Assembly (NCBI GenBank): GCA_030694835.1
Contig: JAUYUF010000085.1
Span: 1 to 41,344 of the forward strand
Length of the DNA: 41,344 bases
Source: Flavobacteriaceae bacterium
Lineage (GTDB): Bacteria; Bacteroidota; Bacteroidia; Flavobacteriales; Flavobacteriaceae
Direction: 5' to 3'
The notes under the pieces are model-generated. The model was not told where the DNA came from and did not search any database. It was given only the letters and a program-made list of their open reading frames with translations. Of the stretch, positions 27,811 through 36,801 are shown piece by piece. Position 1 is the stretch's first letter. The number at the start of each line of letters is the position of its first letter. The position numbers were made by a program, and so were the translations under genes.

Positions 27811-29742
27811 ATGGATTTTACATATACAATATTAATACCATTAATTCCGCTAGCTGTTTTCTTAATCTTAGGAATCGGTTCCTTAAAAATTAAAGAAAAT
27901 GTTGCTGGAATTGTGGGAGTTGCAGGTTTACTAACTTCTACTATTTTATCATACTATACCGCTTTTCAATACTTTTTCAATGTTGGAAAAGTAAATGGTA
28001 TATATCAAACGTTTGTTGAACAAACTCGTTGGATGAACTTTACTGACACGCTCCATATCGATATGGGTGTTTTAATTGATCCTATTTCTGTAATGATGTT
28101 AGTAGTTGTTTCTACGATCTCATTAATGGTTCATTTATACAGTAGAGGTTATATGCACGGAGACCAAGGTTTCACCCGTTTCTTTGCGTATTTATCCTTA
28201 TTCTCATTCTCTATGTACGGGTTGGTATTAGCTACTAACTTATTCCAGATTTATATTTTCTGGGAATTAGTGGGAGTTTCATCATTCTTATTAATTGGAT
28301 ACTATTACACAAAACCATCAGCAGTAGCTGCTTCTAAAAAAGCATTTATCGTAACACGTTTTGCAGATTTTGGTTTCTTGATGGGAATTTTAATGATTGG
28401 TTATTACACTGGTACATTTGATTTTATGACCTTAAATAACCCAACTGCTTTACAAGATTTAACTTCACCAATTATGCAAAATGCTGGAATTACCTTTATG
28501 GGATTCTCGGTAATCACTACTGCATTAGTTTTGATTTTTGCAGGTGGTGCTGGTAAATCTGCGATGTTCCCATTGCACATTTGGTTACCAGATGCAATGG
28601 AAGGTCCAACACCTGTTTCTGCCTTAATTCACGCTGCAACCATGGTTGTAGCTGGAGTATATTTAGTAGCACGTTTATTTCCAATGTTCTATTTTGTTGA
28701 AGGTGGAATTGCACTTGAAGTAGTAGCTTATGTCGGAGGATTTTCATCCCTGATTGCTGCACTTATCGCTTTAACACAACACGATATTAAACGTGTTTTG
28801 GCCTTTTCAACCATGTCACAAATTGGTTATATGATGATGGCTTTAGGTATTTCTGGGTATGGAGATGTAGATGGTTTAGGTTTTACCGCTTCGATGTTCC
28901 ACTTATTTACCCACGCAATGTTTAAAGCATTATTATTCTTAGGCGCTGGTTCTGTTATTCATGCTGTTCATAGCAATGTTTTACAAGACATGGGTGGTTT
29001 AAGAAAATATATGCCTATTACCAATATTACATTCTTAATTGCAGCTTTAGCAATTGCTGGAGTTCCTCCATTTGCAGGTTTCTTCAGTAAAGATGAAATT
29101 TTAGCTGCTGCTTATGAAAGTAACCAGTTATTATTTTGGGTAGAATGGGTTGTAGCTGGATTAACTGCTTTCTACATGTTCCGTTTATACTTTGGAATTT
29201 TCTGGGGTAAAGACACGATTTACAAACACACGCCGCATGAATCACCATTATCAATGACATTACCTTTAATGTTCTTGGCAGTTGTTTCTGCTATTGCTGG
29301 TTTTGTTCCTTTCAGCCAGTTTATAAGTCCAGATTTAGTAGGTTATACCACACATATTCACATGAATATTGCTGCGATGTCAGTTGGTGTTGGTGTGTTA
29401 GGTATTGCGATTGCTTGGATTATGTACAAAAAAGAAACCAATATTGCTGATAAAATTTCATCAGCTTTCGGATTCTTATATCAATGGACTTTCAGAAAGT
29501 TCTATATCGATGAACTATACTTGTTCATTACGCGCGAAATCATCTTCAAACGCATTGCGCAACCATTTGCATGGTTTGATAAAAAAGTTGTTGATGGCAC
29601 CATGAATTTAATTGGAAACTCTACTGTAGATGCTTCTAAGAAAATTAAAGGATTGCAATCCGGTAAAGTACAAGATTATGCCTTTGCATTTATTTCAGGG
29701 GTTGTAATTATAGTAATGGTTTTTATTTATTTCATGAACTAA
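27811..29742 (+). CDS. nuoL: Complex I subunit L (antiporter-like)
   Basis: 643 aa. WELVGVSSFLLIGYY and HIWLPDAMEGPTPVSALIHAATMV. Confidence 0.95.
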   Translation: MDFTYTILIPLIPLAVFLILGIGSLKIKENVAGIVGVAGLLTSTILSYYTAFQYFFNVGKVNGIYQTFVEQTRWMNFTDTLHIDMGVLIDPISVMMLVVVSTISLMVHLYSRGYMHGDQGFTRFFAYLSLFSFSMYGLVLATNLFQIYIFWELVGVSSFLLIGYYYTKPSAVAASKKAFIVTRFADFGFLMGILMIGYYTGTFDFMTLNNPTALQDLTSPIMQNAGITFMGFSVITTALVLIFAGGAGKSAMFPLHIWLPDAMEGPTPVSALIHAATMVVAGVYLVARLFPMFYFVEGGIALEVVAYVGGFSSLIAALIALTQHDIKRVLAFSTMSQIGYMMMALGISGYGDVDGLGFTASMFHLFTHAMFKALLFLGAGSVIHAVHSNVLQDMGGLRKYMPITNITFLIAALAIAGVPPFAGFFSKDEILAAAYESNQLLFWVEWVVAGLTAFYMFRLYFGIFWGKDTIYKHTPHESPLSMTLPLMFLAVVSAIAGFVPFSQFISPDLVGYTTHIHMNIAAMSVGVGVLGIAIAWIMYKKETNIADKISSAFGFLYQWTFRKFYIDELYLFITREIIFKRIAQPFAWFDKKVVDGTMNLIGNSTVDASKKIKGLQSGKVQDYAFAFISGVVIIVMVFIYFMN

Positions 29743-29755
29743 CGTATTAAGAATT

Positions 29756-31240
29756 ATGGATATATTATCATTATTTGTTACGGTACCTGTTTTAACGATT
29801 TTGTTTTTAGCATTTACTAAAAACTTGCAACAGGTTCGTATAGTATCGCTCACAGGTATGCTTGTTCAATTAGGAATGGCTATCAACTTACTCTTCGCTT
29901 ATTTTAGAGAAAGAGCAGTTAATACAGATATTATGGTTTTCACCAAAGATTATGTTTGGTTCGAATCATTAAACATACATTACGCTATTGGAGTTGATGG
30001 AATTTCAGTAGCGTTGATTTTACTTACGTCAATCGTAGTATTGGCAGGGGTATTTATTTCATGGAAAGTTGCTGATTTATCTAAAGAATTTTTCATCTCA
30101 TTAATCGTATTAGCAACAGGAGTTTTTGGATTCTTTATTTCTCTCGATTTATTTACGATGTTCGTTTTTTATGAAATCGCGGTAATTCCGATGTATTTAT
30201 TGATTGGAATTTGGGGTTCTGGTCCAAAAGAATATTCAGCAATGAAATTAACGCTGATGTTAATGGGAGCTTCTGCCCTTTTATTGGTAGGAATTTTAGG
30301 AATTTACTTTAATTCTAACGCTGATGGTGGTGCATTAACTTTCAATATTTTAGAAATTGCACAAGTAAATATTCCTTTTGAAGCGCAACGTTTATTCTTC
30401 CCTTTAACATTTTTAGGGTTTGCTGTTTTGGGTGCTTTATTCCCTTTTCATACTTGGTCACCAGACGGTCACGCATCTGCCCCAACGGCTGTATCGATGT
30501 TACACGCAGGTGTATTAATGAAATTAGGTGGATATGGAATTTTTAGAGTTGCCATGTATTTATTGCCACTTGGAGCAATTGATTGGTCTACATTCTTCAT
30601 TGTATTATCTTCTTTCGGAGTAATTTATGGAGCATTAGCAGCATTACGTCAAAATGATTTAAAATACATCAACGCCTATTCTTCTGTGAGTCACTTAGGA
30701 ATGGTATTAGTTGCTTTATTGATGATGAATAAAACAGCCTGGAACGGAGCAATATTACAATCGCTTTCTCACGGATTTATGACAGCACTTTTCTTCGCCT
30801 TAATTGGGATGATTTACGAAAGAACACATACTAGAGATATTCAAAAATTAGGAGGTTTACTAAAAGTATTACCTTTTATTTCTGCCACATATGTTATTGC
30901 TGGATTAGCAAATTTAGGCTTACCTGGATTTAGTGGATTCGTTGCAGAGATGAACATCTTTGTTGGAGCTTTTGAAAACGCTGATTTATTCAGAAGAGTT
31001 GCTACTGTAGTAGTAGTTTCTGCGATTGTAGTAACAGCAGTTTACATTTTAAGAGTGGTGGGTATCATGTTAATGGGGCCTGTAAAAAATGAGGAATTTA
31101 ACAACTTACCAGCATCAACTTGGTTTGAACGTTACGGAGTGTATCTGTTATTAATTCCTATTGCAGGAATGGGTATAGCACCACTTTGGTTAAGCGATAT
31201 GATTTTAGAAAGTCTAACGCCGTTTATAGCAAGATTTTAA
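29756..31240 (+). CDS. nuoM: Complex I subunit M (antiporter-like)
   Basis: 494 aa. FVFYEIAVIPMYLLIGIWG and HTWSPDGHASAPTAVSMLHAGVLMKLG. Confidence 0.95.
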   Translation: MDILSLFVTVPVLTILFLAFTKNLQQVRIVSLTGMLVQLGMAINLLFAYFRERAVNTDIMVFTKDYVWFESLNIHYAIGVDGISVALILLTSIVVLAGVFISWKVADLSKEFFISLIVLATGVFGFFISLDLFTMFVFYEIAVIPMYLLIGIWGSGPKEYSAMKLTLMLMGASALLLVGILGIYFNSNADGGALTFNILEIAQVNIPFEAQRLFFPLTFLGFAVLGALFPFHTWSPDGHASAPTAVSMLHAGVLMKLGGYGIFRVAMYLLPLGAIDWSTFFIVLSSFGVIYGALAALRQNDLKYINAYSSVSHLGMVLVALLMMNKTAWNGAILQSLSHGFMTALFFALIGMIYERTHTRDIQKLGGLLKVLPFISATYVIAGLANLGLPGFSGFVAEMNIFVGAFENADLFRRVATVVVVSAIVVTAVYILRVVGIMLMGPVKNEEFNNLPASTWFERYGVYLLLIPIAGMGIAPLWLSDMILESLTPFIARF

Positions 31241-31262
31241 TAATATTAAAATATAGAAACTA

Positions 31263-32690
31263 ATGGATTTTAGTAGTTTATTATTAATGCGTCACGAATT
31301 TATTTTAACCGCTCTTCTATTATTGATGATTGTGGCTGAAATAGTTGTAAGTGAACAAAACAAGAAGAACTTAGTCAATTTTGGCGTACTTCTTTTTGCA
31401 ATCCATACGGCTATAGGTTTATTGCCACTAGCTGATGGAGTATTATTTGGCGGAATGTTTAAAACTACCGTTTTAACACACTTTTTCAAAAGTGTATTAA
31501 ATATTGGTGTGCTTATTTTATTATTGCAATCTGCTGATTGGTTACGTGATAAAGTGGTTAGTCAACAAAAAGCAACCGAATTTTTCATGTTGATTTTCTC
31601 ATCGTTATTGGGATTATATTTCATGATTTCTGCAGGAGATTTTTTAATGTTCTACATCGGTTTAGAATTATCAACATTACCTGTTGCAGCTTTAGCAGCA
31701 TATGAATCATTAAAACAAAAATCGAGCGAGTCTGGTATCAAATTAATATTATCTGCAGCTTTGGCCTCTGGTACTTCTTTATTTGGGATTACGATGATGT
31801 ATGCCACTTCAGGATCATTATTCTTTGATATGATGACTATCACAGCATCTAACTTAACCATATTAGGTTTCTTGATGTTCTTTGCTGGTTTAGCGTTTAA
31901 AATATCGTTAGCGCCATTCCATTTTTGGACTGCTGACGTTTACGAAGGAGCACCAATTAGTGTTGCATCATATTTATCTGTTATTTCAAAAGGTGCTGCT
32001 GCATTTGTATTGATGATTTTGTTGTTTACCTTGTTTAGACCTTTAGAAAGTATTTGGGTAAATTTAATGTACGGTGTTGCTTTATTAACCATGTTTATTG
32101 GTAACTTATTTGCAATTCGTCAACAAAATTTAAAACGATTCTTAGCGTTCTCATCGATTGCACAAGCAGGTTTTATCTTATTGGGTTTACTTTCAGTTGA
32201 TCAATTAGGAGCAACTACTGTAATTTACTTTATAATGATTTATGTATTTTCTAACCTAGGAGCTTTTGGTGTGGTACAAGCCATATCAAATCAAACTGGT
32301 AAAGAAAATATTGATGATTATGATGGTTTGTACAGAACGAATCCGAAATTAAGTTTAGTAATGTTATTGGCTTTATTCTCTTTAGCGGGAATACCTCCAG
32401 TAGCTGGTTTCTTTGGCAAAATTTTCTTATTTACAGCAGCTGCATCTCAAGGATATTATTTATTAGTATTTATTGGTGTTGTGAATGTAACCATTGCATT
32501 ATACTATTACTTATTGGTAGTAAGAGCCATGTTTTTACGCAAAAGTGAAAATGCGATTCCTTACTTTAAAAGTAAATGGATGATGAAATTAGGCTTGACT
32601 ATTACCGTACTTGGTATCTTAATTATAGGTATGTACAGTCCGCTGTACGAATACATATTTGAAATTAGTAACCTTATTTTTAAATCATAA
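31263..32690 (+). CDS. nuoN: Complex I subunit N (antiporter-like)
   Basis: 475 aa. FYIGLELSTLP and PFHFWTADVYEGAP. Confidence 0.93.
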   Translation: MDFSSLLLMRHEFILTALLLLMIVAEIVVSEQNKKNLVNFGVLLFAIHTAIGLLPLADGVLFGGMFKTTVLTHFFKSVLNIGVLILLLQSADWLRDKVVSQQKATEFFMLIFSSLLGLYFMISAGDFLMFYIGLELSTLPVAALAAYESLKQKSSESGIKLILSAALASGTSLFGITMMYATSGSLFFDMMTITASNLTILGFLMFFAGLAFKISLAPFHFWTADVYEGAPISVASYLSVISKGAAAFVLMILLFTLFRPLESIWVNLMYGVALLTMFIGNLFAIRQQNLKRFLAFSSIAQAGFILLGLLSVDQLGATTVIYFIMIYVFSNLGAFGVVQAISNQTGKENIDDYDGLYRTNPKLSLVMLLALFSLAGIPPVAGFFGKIFLFTAAASQGYYLLVFIGVVNVTIALYYYLLVVRAMFLRKSENAIPYFKSKWMMKLGLTITVLGILIIGMYSPLYEYIFEISNLIFKS

Positions 32691-32693
32691 CGT

Positions 32694-33020
32694 ATGGCAC
32701 TTTTAGGATCACATCAATTTGGAGATATAGACGGACAACGCGTTACTTATGTTGAAAAAGGAACTACTCAAGAACGTGTAGATTTTCTTACTAAGCTACT
32801 TAAACACAATAATTTTGAAGTTGTAATAGGTGAAGACAAACGCAAATCAGAAGAAGAACCTCAACTATATACGGTTGCAGTTACAGATATGGTTTTTAAT
32901 CCAACTGTTTGGGTATACCAACGCCGATTAAGAACATTAGATGGAAGAATTGTTTCTCCATCGTATTGGAATCAAGTAGATGAAGATACCAAACCTCAGT
33001 ATTGGGAATATATGAAGTAA
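32694..33020 (+). CDS. Unknown 108-aa soluble protein, translationally coupled to nuoN
   Basis: The ATG lies 3 nt after the nuoN stop, on the same strand, and a strong terminator follows. No TM segment, no Cys and no motif I recognise. Rich in Trp/Tyr (WVYQ, SYWNQ, PQYWEY). Confidence 0.7.
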   Translation: MALLGSHQFGDIDGQRVTYVEKGTTQERVDFLTKLLKHNNFEVVIGEDKRKSEEEPQLYTVAVTDMVFNPTVWVYQRRLRTLDGRIVSPSYWNQVDEDTKPQYWEYMK

Positions 33021-33039
33021 TTCATTTTAAATAATAAGA

Positions 33040-33066
33040 AAGCTGCCAAATGGTAGCTTTTTTTTA
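33040..33066. terminator. Bidirectional rho-independent terminator (end of the kor-nuo unit; also serves the convergent antiporter gene)
   Basis: Stem aagctgcc (33040-33047), loop aaat, stem ggtagctt (33052-33059, one G-U pair), then a T-run. Confidence 0.8.
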
Positions 33067-34893
33067 TAAATCAGTAATTTCTTTTCCTAGGTATATAAAT
33101 TTATAACCTTTCTGAACTTTTGAAGCATCTTTAAAAGAAGTAATAATATGTATAACACCAAAATTATCTTTAATAAATAATGGAATAGAATATTTTGCTT
33201 GATTAACTTTTTCTAAAACATTATTATAATGTTCTGCAGATTTTAAGTGAAGTTCATTTATAGTTGGATAATCGCGAGCAACTTCACTTAAATTAATAAA
33301 ATCATCTGTTTTAGAAAACAATACTTCAGATGTTACACCTTTAGGATCTTTCAATTCATCTGGACTGATAAGACGGAAAGTTCCGCTTTCTCCAAAATTA
33401 GCTCCAAACTTATCGATAGCAAATTTATTAACCTCATTACTACCTGAAAGTGCTAACAAATAACCTATATCATTTAATTCAATATTTTCAAATAAATCAT
33501 CTGAATAGATATTATCTTCAAAAGCTTCTAATTGTAATTCTTTTGCTTTATTAACTAAAATAGGATTACTATCAATTAAAACAACTCTTCTCCCTTGTTC
33601 TTGTAAGTATAAAGCAATTAATCTTGAAGCTTCAGAGGCGCCTATCATTAGAACTCCTGATGAATGCTTTAAAAAAACTCCTAAAAATTTAGAAACCATC
33701 CTGGCTGTAGTAGCATTTAATAAAACAGTTCCTAAAACTACCATAAAAACTAATGGAGTTATGTATTCTGCACCTTCCTTTCCTGCTAATACTAATTTTA
33801 AACCAAATAAAGAAGCAATACCAGCCGCTACAATACCACGAGGTCCTACCCAACTTATAAATACTTTTTCTCTAAAATTTAATTCAGATTTATTGGCACT
33901 TAGAAATACACCAATTGGTCGGATTAAAAATACTATGACAAAAAATAACAATAATATTTTGATGTTTAAAAGTAATTGTAAATCAGCTATGTTGATATTT
34001 GCCGCTAATAAAATAAACAACATGGATATCAATAAAATACTGATAGTTTCTTTAAAATAAATAATATCTTTTAGTTCAGCAACATTTTTATTACCGATAA
34101 CCATTCCCATAACCACTACTGTTAATAATCCAGAATCGTGCGAAATTAAATCTGAAATTACAAAAACCAATAAAACAGTTGCCAAAGTGATTAAATTCAT
34201 CAAATAATGAGGAATTAAATTCTTTTTTATAGCAAAATACAGAGCATATGCAGCAGCAAATCCCAATGTAAAACCAGCAAGTATAATCTTACCAAATTCT
34301 GTTAAGGCCTGTAATGTATATACTTCACCATTTCCTTGTCCTACATTAATAAATTCAAAAACTAATACTGCTATTAAAGCTCCAATAGGATCAATTAGAA
34401 TACTTTCCCATTTTAAAACTGTTGAAATTTCTTTTTTTAAAGGCAAGTTTCTCAATATTGGATTAATTACTGTTGGACCAGTTACAATTATCAAAGATGA
34501 AAACAAAAATGACATAGCCCAATTAAGACCAATAAAAAAATGTACGGCAATGGCAGCGCCTATAAAGGTTACAATAGATCCTACTGTAATTAGTTTAAAA
34601 ATTACAGGACCAACCTTTTTAATCTCACTTTTCTTCAGCGTCATACTTCCTTCAAAAAGAATTACACTTATTGCTAGTGATACAAAACTGAATAATTGAT
34701 CACTAGGGAAAAGACCATTTGTTCCATTCCACATAGGTTCAATCCATTTACTCCCATCATCTGAAATTAAAGTCGAAAATGGCCCTACCAATAAACCAAT
34801 TATTATAAGTGGTAAAATTGCAGGTAATTTAGACTTCCATGCAATCCATTGTGCAAATATTCCGAGAATCACAATACTGGAAAGTTCTAACAT
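33064..34893 (-). CDS. CPA1-family Na+(K+)/H+ antiporter with C-terminal RCK/TrkA-N-like domain
   Basis: 609 aa. About 12 TM N-terminal half (NhaP-like), then a soluble Rossmann-like segment (VLMIGASEASRLIALYLQEQGRRVVLID). Confidence 0.8.
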   Translation of the reverse strand: MLELSSIVILGIFAQWIAWKSKLPAILPLIIIGLLVGPFSTLISDDGSKWIEPMWNGTNGLFPSDQLFSFVSLAISVILFEGSMTLKKSEIKKVGPVIFKLITVGSIVTFIGAAIAVHFFIGLNWAMSFLFSSLIIVTGPTVINPILRNLPLKKEISTVLKWESILIDPIGALIAVLVFEFINVGQGNGEVYTLQALTEFGKIILAGFTLGFAAAYALYFAIKKNLIPHYLMNLITLATVLLVFVISDLISHDSGLLTVVVMGMVIGNKNVAELKDIIYFKETISILLISMLFILLAANINIADLQLLLNIKILLLFFVIVFLIRPIGVFLSANKSELNFREKVFISWVGPRGIVAAGIASLFGLKLVLAGKEGAEYITPLVFMVVLGTVLLNATTARMVSKFLGVFLKHSSGVLMIGASEASRLIALYLQEQGRRVVLIDSNPILVNKAKELQLEAFEDNIYSDDLFENIELNDIGYLLALSGSNEVNKFAIDKFGANFGESGTFRLISPDELKDPKGVTSEVLFSKTDDFINLSEVARDYPTINELHLKSAEHYNNVLEKVNQAKYSIPLFIKDNFGVIHIITSFKDASKVQKGYKFIYLGKEITDL

Positions 34894-35046
34894 AGCATGT
34901 ATAATTTCTTCTAATATAATTAATTAATTGTGATTATTGGTAACATATATAACTCATTAAAATTATTTGATTAAAAGTCTATAAAGAAAACGTTTTTTGC
35001 CTATATTTACTACAGTTTACAACTATAACTGACTCAACTTTATATC

Positions 35047-36321
35047 ATGAAATTAAAACAACTCAATGAAGATTGGACTTCTGTAGTAGTAGCTTCCACT
35101 CTTATTTTTGCCATTGTTGCTACAACATTTTTTCCTGAATTACCTAAATTTGGCCCTAAAGAAGGATGGACAGGATGGACTGTTCTTAGCACAGAAGTGT
35201 TTACTTCTGGTAACACAATTCGTTTATTACTCACTTTCCTCTATTTTTTATTATTTACAATTTTTGGTGGAGCGTTGATGGGAAAATCATTAAAATCAAT
35301 TTTTAAAGCATTCCCAATTATTTTTGTTCTTTCTATGGGAGCACAATTTATTGCTTCTAGTGGATCTATGAAGAATCTTGGTTTAGAAACAGTACTATTT
35401 TCCTTAATAATTGGATTAGTAATTAGTAATATTTTTAAAGTTCCAAGCTGGTTAAAATCAGGTATTCAAAGTGAATTTTACATCAAAATTGGATTAGTAA
35501 TGTTAGGAGCTTCGGTGCTTTTTTCAGAAATTATGAAAGCTGGATTTTATGGATTAATACAAGCAATTGTTGTTGTAGTTTCTGTATGGTACTTTGCTTA
35601 TTGGATTGCAAAAAAAATGAAAATTGATGAAGAACTTTCTATTATGATGGCAAGTGCAGTAAGTATTTGTGGTGTATCTGCAGCTATTGCAACTGCAGGT
35701 GCTATAAAAGGTGATAGTAAAAAATTAAGCTATGTCGTTTCTTTAGTTTTAATTGTAGCTATTCCAATGATGATTTTTATGCCACTTATTGCTCGTTGGT
35801 TAGGTTTAAGTGATGAAGTTACAGGTGCTTGGTTAGGTGGTACAATTGATACTACAGGAGCAGTAGTTGCTTCAGGTACAATTGCAGGTGATGTTGCTTT
35901 AAAATTTAGCACGATTATAAAATTTTCACAGAATATATTATTAGGTGTTGCAGCATTATTAATATCTATTTTTTGGACTTATAAACAAGTTGAAAAAAAT
36001 AAAGAAACTGAAAAACCTTCTTTAAAAGTTATTTGGGAACGTTTTCCTAAATTTGTTCTAGGATTTATAATTGTTTCATTAGCATTTTCTTTTATTGTTT
36101 CTCCTGAAACTGCAGAAGTTACTGGTAAAACCATTAAGAGCTATCAATCTTTATGGTTTAATTTAGCATTTATCTGTATCGGTTTAGAGACGAGGTTTAA
36201 AGATATAATTGAATTGGATAGAGGAAGACCATTAATGGCTTTCTTAACTGCCCAAGTGTTTAATATCTTTATAACATTAGCAGTAGCTTATATTTTGTTT
36301 GAAATGCTTTGGAATGGATAA
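35047..36321 (+). CDS. YeiH/UPF0324-family (putative sulfate exporter family) membrane transporter
   Basis: 424-aa polytopic membrane protein. The SAVSICGVSAAIATAGAI motif is typical of the family. Confidence 0.7.
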   Translation: MKLKQLNEDWTSVVVASTLIFAIVATTFFPELPKFGPKEGWTGWTVLSTEVFTSGNTIRLLLTFLYFLLFTIFGGALMGKSLKSIFKAFPIIFVLSMGAQFIASSGSMKNLGLETVLFSLIIGLVISNIFKVPSWLKSGIQSEFYIKIGLVMLGASVLFSEIMKAGFYGLIQAIVVVVSVWYFAYWIAKKMKIDEELSIMMASAVSICGVSAAIATAGAIKGDSKKLSYVVSLVLIVAIPMMIFMPLIARWLGLSDEVTGAWLGGTIDTTGAVVASGTIAGDVALKFSTIIKFSQNILLGVAALLISIFWTYKQVEKNKETEKPSLKVIWERFPKFVLGFIIVSLAFSFIVSPETAEVTGKTIKSYQSLWFNLAFICIGLETRFKDIIELDRGRPLMAFLTAQVFNIFITLAVAYILFEMLWNG

Positions 36322-36339
36322 ACTTCACATAATTTAAAC

Positions 36340-36370
36340 AAAAAACCACTTAGAATTTAAGTGGTTTTTT
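36340..36370. terminator. Bidirectional rho-independent terminator
   Basis: A-run, stem ccactta (36346-36352), loop gaatt, stem taagtgg (36358-36364), then T-run. Confidence 0.85.
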
Positions 36371-36384
36371 ATGTAATATTATTT

Positions 36385-36693
36385 TTATTTTCTTTCAATA
36401 AATAGTTTTTTATTTACGACGCCATCCGAAGTGTTAATTTGAACTATATAAACTCCGGTAGCAACACTAACAGGTAAAGAATTGTAACGATCATTAAATC
36501 CAGTATCCCAAGACTTAATTTTCTGACCTAAATAATTATATAAAACAACACCCGTTATATCTGTATCAAGAATTTTATTAATCTGGATTTCAGAAGCATC
36601 ATTGTTCATATAAGTTCTTATACCTTCTTCTAAAGATATCTCGGATATAGTTTTTAAACGAGGTTGGAATACTAATGCAAATAACCAAAACTT
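36385..36693 (-). pseudogene. Orphan T9SS C-terminal sorting domain (remnant of a larger secreted protein gene)
   Basis: The frame is open from the stop at 36694-36696 down to 36385 and encodes only a CTD-like beta-sandwich (...VVLYNYLGQKI...LPVSVATGVYIVQINTSDGVVNKKLFIERK). The only ATG is at 36609. There is no signal peptide and no passenger domain, and just 108 bp remain before the next gene. Confidence 0.6.
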
Positions 36694-36801
36694 CTAAACT
36701 AAACAATTATACAATATTATACTAAAAAGTTAGATTTTTTAAGGTTAGAAATCTTAAAAAAAGAAGTAAATTTATTAATCAGAAATGAAAATCAGACACA
36801 A

